This document shows, one piece after another, positions 41,170 to 50,899 of a DNA stretch of 64,000 nucleotides. The notes under the pieces were generated by a model, which saw only the letters and a list, made by a program, of their open reading frames with translations, was not told where the DNA came from and made no database searches. How positions within the stretch are numbered: position 1 is the first letter of the stretch; each line of letters opens with the position of its first letter. The DNA comes from a virus (lineage: Duplodnaviria > Heunggongvirae > Uroviricota > Caudoviricetes), in IMG/VR virus record IMGVR_UViG_3300018080_000113, positions 97 to 64,096 of that record; one strand, written 5' to 3'. Made by a program: the position numbers and the translations under genes.

Positions 41170-44100
41170 TTACAGCCTCTCATGAATCTTATTGGCAAGT
41201 GATCGAGGATCAAGAATAGACCTATCGTCTTTTGTTTTGATGTTTACTTGTCCTCCACTAGAAAGTTGACGGGCACTTCTCATAAAGTCTCTAGATGAAG
41301 AATTTAAGTCATTAGTACGCATTCTTATATTAGCATGAGATGTCTTGTTTCCGCTACCTATGTCATAAACACGAGGAGCATTGTTCATTCCAGGACTCGG
41401 AGGATTCATTCCAGGACCACTTGGAGCACCATAGTCATCAGGCATCATTCCTCTGCCAGCACTAGTTCCTTCTGGCGTACTCCCAATAGAACCAGAAACA
41501 CCTGGGGCCATCAACATAACGCCACCTGCAACCCCTAGACCAGCAAGCAATGGTTTCTTTGCACGAGAAATAGCACCAAACATTCCTTTAGCACGAGCAG
41601 TTCCTCTTCGCATTAGTCTTGATGTTTTAGCAGTAAATGAATCCATATTTTCAGCATTAGCCTGCATAAGAGCTTGTGCAAAATCAACAGAGCCAGTTCT
41701 ACGAGCATGATACATCTCGACAGCTTGATTCAAAGATATATCTCCAAGATTCTTTCCTCTTGCAGCTGAAACAGCTCTCATTGAAACATCTACATCATGA
41801 CTAACAGCATCATATGATGCAATTGCTGTCTCTGCCCATTGGCGGGGATTGTAGGCCAAACTATGTTTTCTTGTAATACCAAAAGAATCTGTGATAGTAC
41901 CTGTAATTGTTCTTTTCTCTTCTCCCATTATTGCACCAAGCACGCCTTCCATGCGCCTGATGCCACTTTCTCCACCTTCACTTACTGATTGTGCAATAGC
42001 CTGATACAAGTCTCCACTAAGAACACCATGCTTACCGCCAATTGCTGCTTCTTCAAGATGCCAAAACATTTCAGCCAATGGCCTGTATTCGTCAGGTGCA
42101 TTAGCAGCAACACCAATCTTTAATTTTTGTAAAGCAATATTTACTTTGCCTGTGGCTGTTTTAGCAGTAGAAAGTTTTCTAAATCCTTGTTGCAAGGCAT
42201 CGTCAGAAAGCATATTGACAGCAGTACTCTTACTAACTTTACCTTCAATAGTATCTTTCATTGTATAATGATTGAATAGATATTTAGAGTAAGCTTCTCG
42301 TTGTGCATTGTTCATTGAACGACGAGCCATACTGTTTGTGCGTTCGTCTGAAATAGCAGAAAGAACAAACTGATCACGGTCAAAGTCCCCTTTGAAACCA
42401 ACCATAGCAGAGACATCAACGGGAATATTTTTATCTTGGAATTGTAATTTACCAAATTGCGTTGGAGCTGCAACCATTCCATTAGCAATACGGGCATCCT
42501 TCTTGAACTTTACAAACTGGAAAGACTCAGGTCCTGATGTTGGATGTCTCCACATTCCACCAGTCATTATTTTTTCTTCTCTAAAGGCAGCCCTCTGCTG
42601 TTCTAAGAATTTAACTTGTTTGTCTGTTTCGGAACGAGAGATAAGATCACCAAACATTGTTTCTCCTGCTTCACTTGAAACACGAAAAACATCTGCGTCA
42701 TCAGCAAAATCCATTCTTACGCCTGTAAGCATTTGAGACCCAATAATTTTTCCTCTAGCAGCTGCCTGTGCCTCAGCAGTCTGAAGAGCTAGACCTCTTA
42801 GAGAGGAAGCTGCCAATTCAATTTCATCATTAGAAGCTTTGCCTCTACGAATCAATGATTGAAAAGAAGCAATATTGCTTGCTAGAGGAGAGCGCACCCT
42901 TTCTCCTTTAGCAATAATATCTCCAACCATTTTTTCAGATTTGTTTGTGCCAGGAATATACATTACGTTTGATCCGCCAAAAGCACCAACACTACGACCA
43001 AGATTAACAAATCTACCTTCTGACTGAACAAGATTTTCAGGAGCAATTTTAGCAAAGTCTTCTAAAGAAGAAACATCTCTACCGAACTTTTTAGCAATGC
43101 CTTCTTGTCCAAGCAAAGTAGACATCATTATGTCTGCCTCTGCTAGCTCTCCTTTGCCTGATATTCGTTTAGATAATTCTACTGCATATCTTTGACCAGC
43201 TTCGCCTTTCATAGACAAGGCTCTAAATCCAGTTTGTTCAAAGCTTCCCCAACTTCCTGCTCCACCTTCTGTTGCAATATCTCCAAGCATTCCTTTGCTA
43301 AGACCAATAACGCCGGTCGATCCTCTTACTGCTGCGCGTTGTCTTGCTGTAAGAATACCTCCGCTAATTGCTGCTTCGTCTGCAAGTCCGAATGTAAGAG
43401 CCAGCTCTGGAGACTTAAATCCCCATCCTCTTGCCATACCCATTAGATTCTTTTGAATCTGTACGTCGGCAGTTGCTCCGCTACGTTGCATAATACCAGC
43501 AACATCAAGTGCAGCTGCTGGATCATTCAAGAATGATTGAATTTCAGGTGTCATTTGTAAACGGCCCATATCAAGTTTTTGACCAAGGAACATAGACATG
43601 GCTTCTGTTTGCTGTGTGATAAGAGCCATCTTGTTACGACCAACTAATTTGCCAGAAAATACAGCCTCCACTTGCTGGCCAGCAATTGTGCCTTGTGTCC
43701 CCGCCGCCTCAAGAATACTAGCCATTCTACGTTCGTTAGCTGCTGCAGCCATAAATTTATTTTCTTCTGAGAAGAACTTCCACATTTCATTCTCTCCGAG
43801 ACGTTTAGTTTCACGCATAAAGACACTAGCAGTATTTGCTCCTGTTAATTCTGCTCCTACGATATCACCAATAACCTCTCGTCCTGTTCCTTTCTCTATC
43901 CCCATAAATCCAGAAGGAAGAACGCCTTCAAGTGTTAAAGCGCCAGAACCAACCTTTTTGCCTTTAAGCTGGCCTGCAAGACCTTCATTAATACGCATGC
44001 CTTCATCTAATGTAATATTCTTTTGAACAATACGCTCATATTCCATCATGTCTGTAACACCAGAAGAAATAACTCCTTCTTCCCCAGACATCATCCTGTT

Positions 44101-45555
44101 AAGAGCTGAAGACTGATATCCAAGCCCATATCCTTTGGTTGATGGTTTTGCATAAAATGTCATAAGTTGCGGAGCACTATATGCTTCTGCCGCAGAAGAG
44201 TACGCTCCTCCATACAGCAAAGACTTGTAACTTTCACCTTGTATTTTGCGATCAAGCCTACTGTAATGTTGGCCAAATGTTCTGCCAAAGCCACGTGCTC
44301 TGCCTTTTGCCTCTGCAGTTACTCCCCATTCTCCACGTACAAACTGTGTAGGTCTTTGCTCTGCTGACACTAAGCCGCCAAGAGGACCAAACAATTCTTC
44401 ACTTATATTTCTAGTTGTTAAAGTTCCTTTGCCAGCCGCCGAAGGTGAAGTGTAAGGATACAGGCGAGCTTCTTGGCCAATAAGCTCCAATGTACGTTCT
44501 GGACTAATATCTCCATAAGCAACAGCTTCAAGGTTTGTAAGTCTAGCCTTGGCAGCCCCTCCAGAAGTTGTAAATGGAGCTATATATATAGCAGCTGCAC
44601 GGTGAGCAGCATCCCTATTGTTCATTTCTGCAATAAGGTTTTTATGTGCATTAAGCATATTTTGCTTAAGCTCTCTATTAGTACTAGAAGCACTAATAAC
44701 ATCACTGATTATTTCTTCTTGCAACGAAGCAAAACCAAGTGTACCTCCACCTTTGTTGTAAGCTCCACGAGTAACATAGCGATTAGTAAAGTCAGTGCCG
44801 CCGTAAGTATATCCGGTGTTGGCCAAAGGAATTTCACCAAGGCGTGTCTTCCCAACACTACCAATAAGCATTGGTGTGCTTACTTTTCGACCGCTAATTA
44901 CATCATCAATAATCCTGTAGTTCCACTTGACATTAAACTTACCTTTAGCAGCAGCAGAAATATTTTCCTGAATTGCCAAGGCTCTTTCTTGTGCACTAGC
45001 AGGAAGATTAGCAAAAGACGTATTTTCAGCAAAGACAGTGCCTAGTCCTCCTTCAGACAAGCTAACACCAGCAAGACCAACATCTCTGCTGCCAAATTCA
45101 CGAAGCCTAGATGCAAACAGAGAACCACGACCACCCGTCTGGCCAACAATATCAACTGCTGCCCTGTATACACCCGCGCCACTTGTCTGTTCTCCAAGAA
45201 CACCAAGAGCTTTCATAGCTTCTTCGTGTGTACTTTTCCCTCCTGCCATTATTGCTTCATATGCAGCTGTACGAACATTACCAATAGCACCAGGCATACC
45301 TGAACGACGCTCTATTGTGCTAGCAAGAGCCTGTAAGGTTTCGTCTGCGACTGCAGAGTCTATGGCCATTGAAGAAACATGGAATCCAGGAATACTAGCT
45401 CTGTTTTGTAACATTTCTGAAGCTACATCTCTATTGCCTAATTGCCATGCACTTGCAAAGGATCGTTTGTGTGTTGCGAATGCATATCCAGCTCCGCCTA
45501 AAACAGCCCCTCCTGCTGCCATGCCCCATAAAGATGATCGTTCATTGTCGCGCAT
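41170..45555 (-). CDS. Candidate single-chain two-barrel (DPBB) RNA polymerase, probably virion-associated (1461 aa)
   Basis: Motifs in canonical order: beta-like GEEG (E492/E493), K593...NK600, GQQVEAVF...R; beta'-like GK(935-936)...S, R1003-HPT...Q, D1057-F-D-R-D1061, bridge-helix-like STAKTATG, trigger-loop-like EEAAIGGKH1176. Confidence 0.65.
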   Translation of the reverse strand: MRDNERSSLWGMAAGGAVLGGAGYAFATHKRSFASAWQLGNRDVASEMLQNRASIPGFHVSSMAIDSAVADETLQALASTIERRSGMPGAIGNVRTAAYEAIMAGGKSTHEEAMKALGVLGEQTSGAGVYRAAVDIVGQTGGRGSLFASRLREFGSRDVGLAGVSLSEGGLGTVFAENTSFANLPASAQERALAIQENISAAAKGKFNVKWNYRIIDDVISGRKVSTPMLIGSVGKTRLGEIPLANTGYTYGGTDFTNRYVTRGAYNKGGGTLGFASLQEEIISDVISASSTNRELKQNMLNAHKNLIAEMNNRDAAHRAAAIYIAPFTTSGGAAKARLTNLEAVAYGDISPERTLELIGQEARLYPYTSPSAAGKGTLTTRNISEELFGPLGGLVSAEQRPTQFVRGEWGVTAEAKGRARGFGRTFGQHYSRLDRKIQGESYKSLLYGGAYSSAAEAYSAPQLMTFYAKPSTKGYGLGYQSSALNRMMSGEEGVISSGVTDMMEYERIVQKNITLDEGMRINEGLAGQLKGKKVGSGALTLEGVLPSGFMGIEKGTGREVIGDIVGAELTGANTASVFMRETKRLGENEMWKFFSEENKFMAAAANERRMASILEAAGTQGTIAGQQVEAVFSGKLVGRNKMALITQQTEAMSMFLGQKLDMGRLQMTPEIQSFLNDPAAALDVAGIMQRSGATADVQIQKNLMGMARGWGFKSPELALTFGLADEAAISGGILTARQRAAVRGSTGVIGLSKGMLGDIATEGGAGSWGSFEQTGFRALSMKGEAGQRYAVELSKRISGKGELAEADIMMSTLLGQEGIAKKFGRDVSSLEDFAKIAPENLVQSEGRFVNLGRSVGAFGGSNVMYIPGTNKSEKMVGDIIAKGERVRSPLASNIASFQSLIRRGKASNDEIELAASSLRGLALQTAEAQAAARGKIIGSQMLTGVRMDFADDADVFRVSSEAGETMFGDLISRSETDKQVKFLEQQRAAFREEKIMTGGMWRHPTSGPESFQFVKFKKDARIANGMVAAPTQFGKLQFQDKNIPVDVSAMVGFKGDFDRDQFVLSAISDERTNSMARRSMNNAQREAYSKYLFNHYTMKDTIEGKVSKSTAVNMLSDDALQQGFRKLSTAKTATGKVNIALQKLKIGVAANAPDEYRPLAEMFWHLEEAAIGGKHGVLSGDLYQAIAQSVSEGGESGIRRMEGVLGAIMGEEKRTITGTITDSFGITRKHSLAYNPRQWAETAIASYDAVSHDVDVSMRAVSAARGKNLGDISLNQAVEMYHARRTGSVDFAQALMQANAENMDSFTAKTSRLMRRGTARAKGMFGAISRAKKPLLAGLGVAGGVMLMAPGVSGSIGSTPEGTSAGRGMMPDDYGAPSGPGMNPPSPGMNNAPRVYDIGSGNKTSHANIRMRTNDLNSSSRDFMRSARQLSSGGQVNIKTKDDRSILDPRSLANKIHERL

Positions 45556-45557
45556 TG

Positions 45558-48500
45558 TTAAACTCCCATTTGTCTATAGGCACTTTCAATCATTTGTTTT
45601 CTTCCGTCTTGTATCTGAACATTATACTTGTCATTCTGAAGGTCTGCTTCTATTTGAGATATATATACTTCTGCTTTATGTTGAGAATACATACCGGCAA
45701 GGCTCTTAGAGTTCTGGGCTACTTTCCATGAATCTTCATAACGAGCAGCATCTTCCATTTCTCCAATAAGACTAGGATTGATATATGGCTTTCTGGCTAG
45801 AGCACGTTTTCGTTGGCCCCATAAATCAAAGTCATGATGATCAAGACCGGCCTGTTCTACATATTGTAGTTTAACATCTTCTAAGTCTACAGACGGGCTA
45901 TTATGGTATATTCCAATTGGAGAACAATACATATGATTTTGTTCTACTTCAAAATCGAATACAGTTCCTTGGTATTCTGTTTCTTCTATATCTTTAATAC
46001 GATAAGCAATAAAGTTACTACCAACAAATGCAGATAAAGACTTTCTTAAAGGCTCTACAACATATTGATCTTTCCTGTTCTCTATTTTCTTAGGGCCATG
46101 TAAACTAGCAGGGATACCTTGAGCTTCATAGAGTCTTTTAGCCATGGCGCACAATCCTCTATTTGTTAAAGCAAGCCTATTGCGATGGTCTTTTGAAGCG
46201 TCTCCTGTATTAAGTCCATCTAGTAATGCTACTTGGCTATTATAAGTTATATCTTGAAGCCAAGATGGTGCAAATTTTTTATCACAAAATCTTCCCACCC
46301 AATAGTCAATAAGCAATCCAAATATACTACTTGCAACTTGCAGATAAGCACTCTTTGATTTTGGATTCTTCTTATAACGAATTTCACTATTAAGACCAAA
46401 GTGCTCTTTGATAATTTTTTGTGCTAATTCTAAGATTGAAACTTCATTAACATTAGCAGTAAACTGAACTCCACGCATCCTATCCCCAACTGCCCATACA
46501 TTGCCTTCTGCAAGGTAATAACCAATCAACCAGCAGACAGATTCATTCAATGTAATGAAACGATTAACTGGTTTAATCCTTCCGCTTTTAGGTCTAAGAC
46601 AATCATCAGAAACTATTGTATTTTTTGGGAAGCAATCTAGAGATCCAATATCTATAGTAGGATCTGTATCTGCGTGTTTTAATAATGGAATTGGCAAATA
46701 GATGTCTGTTGTAACTTCTCCTATTGGCATCCAACGAGCAGAATAAGACTGATAATATTTTGTTGTACAGAACTGACATTTCCAAGAATTACTTTCATGA
46801 GTACAAACTGAATTAGGAGTCAAATTATATTTACATGGTTTTGTTTCAATGCCTAGAACTAAATGATTATTAGTTGCACTCATACAATAAACACTATTAT
46901 GACAAACTGTTAGAGTCCTAATTGCTTCTTTAATTTCTCTCTTGAATACTTCTTTCACAATGTTTTCTCCTTGTAAAGTAACCACTTTATCTCCTGGTTT
47001 TATATCACAAGCATGTGAAAAAGTATAGTCTGATATTAAAACTTCTTGGTTTGCAGGCAGACACCAGCCCAGCCAGTCTGCTCCTGGTAACGAATGGCTA
47101 CCAAAATACTCAGCAGCTTTTTGTTCTCGAAGCCAATCATCAAATTCTACTTGACCACTAGTTTCATTTTGCCATTGTTCTTCTTGGTCTGGAGTATATG
47201 AAAACCCTTCACTTCTTCGCATGAGCGCCGCTGTGGCAATGACCTTATCATCTTGATTTGTATCTACTTTAGCTGAACGTTTAGCATATGCAGCACTTTC
47301 TTCTTGTCTCATCCATTGAGACAGATAGACTCTCTTCTCGTTCTCAGGAATCAATTGAAGAATTTGTGCTCGTTCTTCTTCTGTTTTAGCATCAGAGAAT
47401 TCTCCAAAGAAATCTCTTTCTCTGCGAGGCAGTGCCCTCATTATATTGACAGGACTTTTAAATACATCCATGCCGAATAAAGTTTTTTCTTTAGTGCTTC
47501 GGTATCTAGCAGCAGCAGACAGATCTCCCATCTGACGAGCTTTAGCTTCGTTACGAGAAGCTTTGACCCACTTAAGCATATCGAAATGTTCTTGAATGTC
47601 TCGACGTTCTTGTATCTCATCTGGTATATCAGTAGATCCTGCTTTGTAGGCGGCTATATTAAGAGCTGGCTTTAAGAAGTTTTGAATAGGCTTGTCCCAA
47701 AAAGAAGAACTAGTTCCTATTGCTTCTGATGCAACATATTCTTCAATTGCAGAACGCTGGCGTATTAGCTTAGACACAGGAGCCATAGGAGTTAGGTATT
47801 CAATAGGAGACTCAATGCCATGCAGAACATATTCGGACAATTTACCAGCAAGCTGTTCATTGTCACTAAATCTTACTTGTTTAAATTCATCTTCTAAATC
47901 TTTTTGTGTTGCCAAGCCTTCTTCAGCTAATAACTGACCAAAGTCCACTCCACCAACAACAGGGACAGCTTTCATTACAGGGCCTGTCGAACTCATTCTG
48001 ATTCTACGAGACTCAAGAGTAGGAGTTTTAAGCTCAACTGTTTTGCCAATAAGTGTTTCTTGTGCAAACTGCAACGCAGCAGCAGTGTCTTTGATTGCAC
48101 CAATACCCTGGACATCAACAGCCATCTCGCCAAATTCTTTTGTCATAATTCTTTTAGGACTAATAACTCCAGTTACAGTTGCATCGTAAGACTCAAGCTG
48201 ATTGCCAGAGAAAACGTAATCCTGAAAGCCTCTACGTTTCTTTCTTTCCTTTACCTGTTTCTCAGTCTCTTGAACCATGGCTACTTCTTGTTGTGTCATA
48301 TTATTCATATTGCGTTTAGCATGTGCCAAAGCAATACGATATTCACTACTCCACATAGCAACGTCACCAAGGATTTTTACCTTGTGAGCAAGAGGATATT
48401 CCTCTGCACTAAGACCAGATACTTCTGGATGCAAAGCAGCATATCCTTCTCCTGGGAGCCTAAGTTCTGCTTCTGGAACCTTTTGAAATGGATTGCCAGT

Positions 48501-50894
48501 ACGTAAATCTAAGAAATAATCTTCAGGCATCCATGATGGCATAGCATTTCTTAAAGGGTTATATTCGTCAAGATAACTTCTGGTACGAGGAAGAAAACGC
48601 CTAACAGCTTCAGTAGTTCCTGCTCCACCACCAAGATTCATATGTTTCCATAGCCAATATTCTGAGCCTGTCTCTTTGCCCATTGCCCCAAGAGTTTGTT
48701 TGTTCTGTAGAAACTCTTCTCTGCCAATAGCAGCTTTAGTAAGAGCACCCTCAACAAAACCCATAAGACCTACAGCTTCACGACGCTTATAGTTTAGTTC
48801 GTTTAGTAGCTGAGAAGCATCTTCTTTAGCAACTGGAGCACCAGGTCCTAATCCACCTAGTGCATATGATGGCTCTGTTTCTCCTCTTATATCAGGATGA
48901 TGAACATACATTCCGCCACCAAGGTTCCATTCTTCTTCACGAACTAACTTACGAGGTTTAAACAATTTGCCAAAAGTAGAAGCAACTAAAGGTCCAATAA
49001 ATGGAATCTCTTCGCCATATGTACCAGTGGTAGGAGCTGGACGTTCATATTGATACTTCTTCTCGTAATGATACTTCCAGTCATCAGAACCAAACAGTGC
49101 CTTCATAGGGTTGAGCAATGGGTCATATTCCCATTTCTCTTCTTCTGTTCCATACATGCCTTTTTGATAGGCTCTACTTTTTAGTCTAGCTAACATATGA
49201 GGTCTGTAATAATCTACACGGCCGCCTTCAAAAGCAGTGCTTCTTCCGAATTCCCACCATCTACCTTTGCGTATCGCTACCTCTTTACGTCCAGAATATA
49301 TATCTTGTAATTCTTCAGGAGTCTCTTCGCTTCCTAATATACCAGCAACAGGAGCCATTGGATTACCAGACAACAAACCAAGACTACCAGCAATTCCTGC
49401 CCATGCAGTTATGCCACCAAGGAGCCCTAAAGCCATGGGGCTTTTGATTTTGGTTAATGCTCGGCCACCAGGAAGTTTACCAATTTCTTTACCAATCTTA
49501 GACTTCCATATCTTGTCAGATAAACGAGATGCGCTTCTTTCTCTAACAGATTCAAAAGTTGCATACAGGGGAGTTTTTGTTCCAATTTTCTCTTTGACAG
49601 ACTCTCCCATAAAATAAGCATAGCTACCAAGACCAGCTATAAGAGCACCAGTACCACCAAACCCCAAAGCAGTCTTAACGTCCATAAAACCAGGAGTTAT
49701 TTGCTCTTGTTCTCTGATAGTGTCTGTGAAGCCCATTGACTGAGAAAGTTGAGCTTTAGCAACACTAGCATCTGCTCCAATAGAAGCAGCACCATAAAAC
49801 AAACCTTCGTCAAACCTAGGAGACAAAGAAGTAGCTAAACCAACAGCTGCACCGGCTATCATTCCTGCCTTAGAAAACTTCATTCCAGGCTGACGTGCCA
49901 ATAATGCTCCTGTTCCTGCTCCACCAACTGTTGCTAAGACTCCTGCCCAAGGACTTCCTTCAGAACGAAGATAGTCTGTATACTCTAAACCTTTCCATGC
50001 AGCGCCAACAAGCATACCTTTTACAGCATACCTTTGTAACAGTTCTAAACTACTCCCAGGCTTAACGGCCAAGGTTCTCATTCCAGGAATCTTCTCCGCA
50101 ATGTTTTTGATACCAGGAAGCTCTACAGGGGCTCTCAAAAGAATATTAAGACGACTGGCCGTTGATGCTGCTTTAGCACGAAGCAATTTACCCAGCGTTT
50201 CTGCCTTAGCAACATTTTTGGCCATCGACTCAGACAAGTTTATATCTTGTCCTGCAATGCGTATCTTTTCTCTAATCTTAGAGCCGACAATCATTCTTTG
50301 ACGACGTAGGTGCGGCTCGATAGTTTTAAGCCAGTCTTGATATGGCAAAGGTGACTTTGATGTTTGCCACTTGTTACGAAGAATTGCATCGTTTAAAGAT
50401 TCAAACTTACCAAGTTGGATTCCTTCTGCACGAGCTGCAAAGTCTACAATTGCTGCACCCTTTTGGGTACCGGATTCAATTTGTAAACCCATACCAAGAA
50501 TCTTGCCAGAAGCATCACGAACCTCTCCAAAAACCTGTCCTGTTCTATGTAAGTTGTATGAACCAGATTGGCCAAATGACGACTCTATAAACTTACCGTA
50601 TTTGCCATGAGCAATATCTTGAGCAGAAGTAGCAACAGTACCCCAGCTTGCCAAAGGAGAAAGAAATTCTGACATACGAAATGTACGCAGAACACCACCA
50701 GGAGATCCAGCTTCAATTGCACGAATACCAGAAAGATATTTATCCCATATGCGTCCGTTCGCAGTTGGAATAAACCCTGCACCTATTGCACCTGCTGTAC
50801 CGAGTGAAAGACCGAGTAGATTGCCTTGGTTTTCAGAATAACCCTGACCAGGCATACTTGGTTGAGGGCCATATGCGAGGTTAGGATTAATCAA
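45558..50894 (-). CDS. Tape-measure-like protein (1778-aa precursor, about 1390 aa after splicing) with TM-like segments, a degenerate SNase-like domain and an intein; TTG start
   Basis: Follows the tube and chaperone genes; several Gly/Ala hydrophobic helices; GGAGG precedes the TTG at 50894. Confidence 0.65.
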   Translation of the reverse strand: MINPNLAYGPQPSMPGQGYSENQGNLLGLSLGTAGAIGAGFIPTANGRIWDKYLSGIRAIEAGSPGGVLRTFRMSEFLSPLASWGTVATSAQDIAHGKYGKFIESSFGQSGSYNLHRTGQVFGEVRDASGKILGMGLQIESGTQKGAAIVDFAARAEGIQLGKFESLNDAILRNKWQTSKSPLPYQDWLKTIEPHLRRQRMIVGSKIREKIRIAGQDINLSESMAKNVAKAETLGKLLRAKAASTASRLNILLRAPVELPGIKNIAEKIPGMRTLAVKPGSSLELLQRYAVKGMLVGAAWKGLEYTDYLRSEGSPWAGVLATVGGAGTGALLARQPGMKFSKAGMIAGAAVGLATSLSPRFDEGLFYGAASIGADASVAKAQLSQSMGFTDTIREQEQITPGFMDVKTALGFGGTGALIAGLGSYAYFMGESVKEKIGTKTPLYATFESVRERSASRLSDKIWKSKIGKEIGKLPGGRALTKIKSPMALGLLGGITAWAGIAGSLGLLSGNPMAPVAGILGSEETPEELQDIYSGRKEVAIRKGRWWEFGRSTAFEGGRVDYYRPHMLARLKSRAYQKGMYGTEEEKWEYDPLLNPMKALFGSDDWKYHYEKKYQYERPAPTTGTYGEEIPFIGPLVASTFGKLFKPRKLVREEEWNLGGGMYVHHPDIRGETEPSYALGGLGPGAPVAKEDASQLLNELNYKRREAVGLMGFVEGALTKAAIGREEFLQNKQTLGAMGKETGSEYWLWKHMNLGGGAGTTEAVRRFLPRTRSYLDEYNPLRNAMPSWMPEDYFLDLRTGNPFQKVPEAELRLPGEGYAALHPEVSGLSAEEYPLAHKVKILGDVAMWSSEYRIALAHAKRNMNNMTQQEVAMVQETEKQVKERKKRRGFQDYVFSGNQLESYDATVTGVISPKRIMTKEFGEMAVDVQGIGAIKDTAAALQFAQETLIGKTVELKTPTLESRRIRMSSTGPVMKAVPVVGGVDFGQLLAEEGLATQKDLEDEFKQVRFSDNEQLAGKLSEYVLHGIESPIEYLTPMAPVSKLIRQRSAIEEYVASEAIGTSSSFWDKPIQNFLKPALNIAAYKAGSTDIPDEIQERRDIQEHFDMLKWVKASRNEAKARQMGDLSAAARYRSTKEKTLFGMDVFKSPVNIMRALPRRERDFFGEFSDAKTEEERAQILQLIPENEKRVYLSQWMRQEESAAYAKRSAKVDTNQDDKVIATAALMRRSEGFSYTPDQEEQWQNETSGQVEFDDWLREQKAAEYFGSHSLPGADWLGWCLPANQEVLISDYTFSHACDIKPGDKVVTLQGENIVKEVFKREIKEAIRTLTVCHNSVYCMSATNNHLVLGIETKPCKYNLTPNSVCTHESNSWKCQFCTTKYYQSYSARWMPIGEVTTDIYLPIPLLKHADTDPTIDIGSLDCFPKNTIVSDDCLRPKSGRIKPVNRFITLNESVCWLIGYYLAEGNVWAVGDRMRGVQFTANVNEVSILELAQKIIKEHFGLNSEIRYKKNPKSKSAYLQVASSIFGLLIDYWVGRFCDKKFAPSWLQDITYNSQVALLDGLNTGDASKDHRNRLALTNRGLCAMAKRLYEAQGIPASLHGPKKIENRKDQYVVEPLRKSLSAFVGSNFIAYRIKDIEETEYQGTVFDFEVEQNHMYCSPIGIYHNSPSVDLEDVKLQYVEQAGLDHHDFDLWGQRKRALARKPYINPSLIGEMEDAARYEDSWKVAQNSKSLAGMYSQHKAEVYISQIEADLQNDKYNVQIQDGRKQMIESAYRQMGV
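45900..47063 (-). mobile_element. Intein with LAGLIDADG homing endonuclease (388 aa, residues 1278-1665)
   Basis: Starts CLPANQEV, ends VFDFEVEQNHMYCSPIGIYHN, +1 residue Ser. LAGLIDADG-like helices WLIGYYLAEG and ALLDGLNTGDA. Confidence 0.93.
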
Positions 50895-50899
50895 AACGT

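Noticed and set aside
41170-45555. Plain second tape-measure protein
   Set aside because: Position and TM-like ends fit, but seven or more ordered two-barrel polymerase motifs argue for an enzyme-derived fold.
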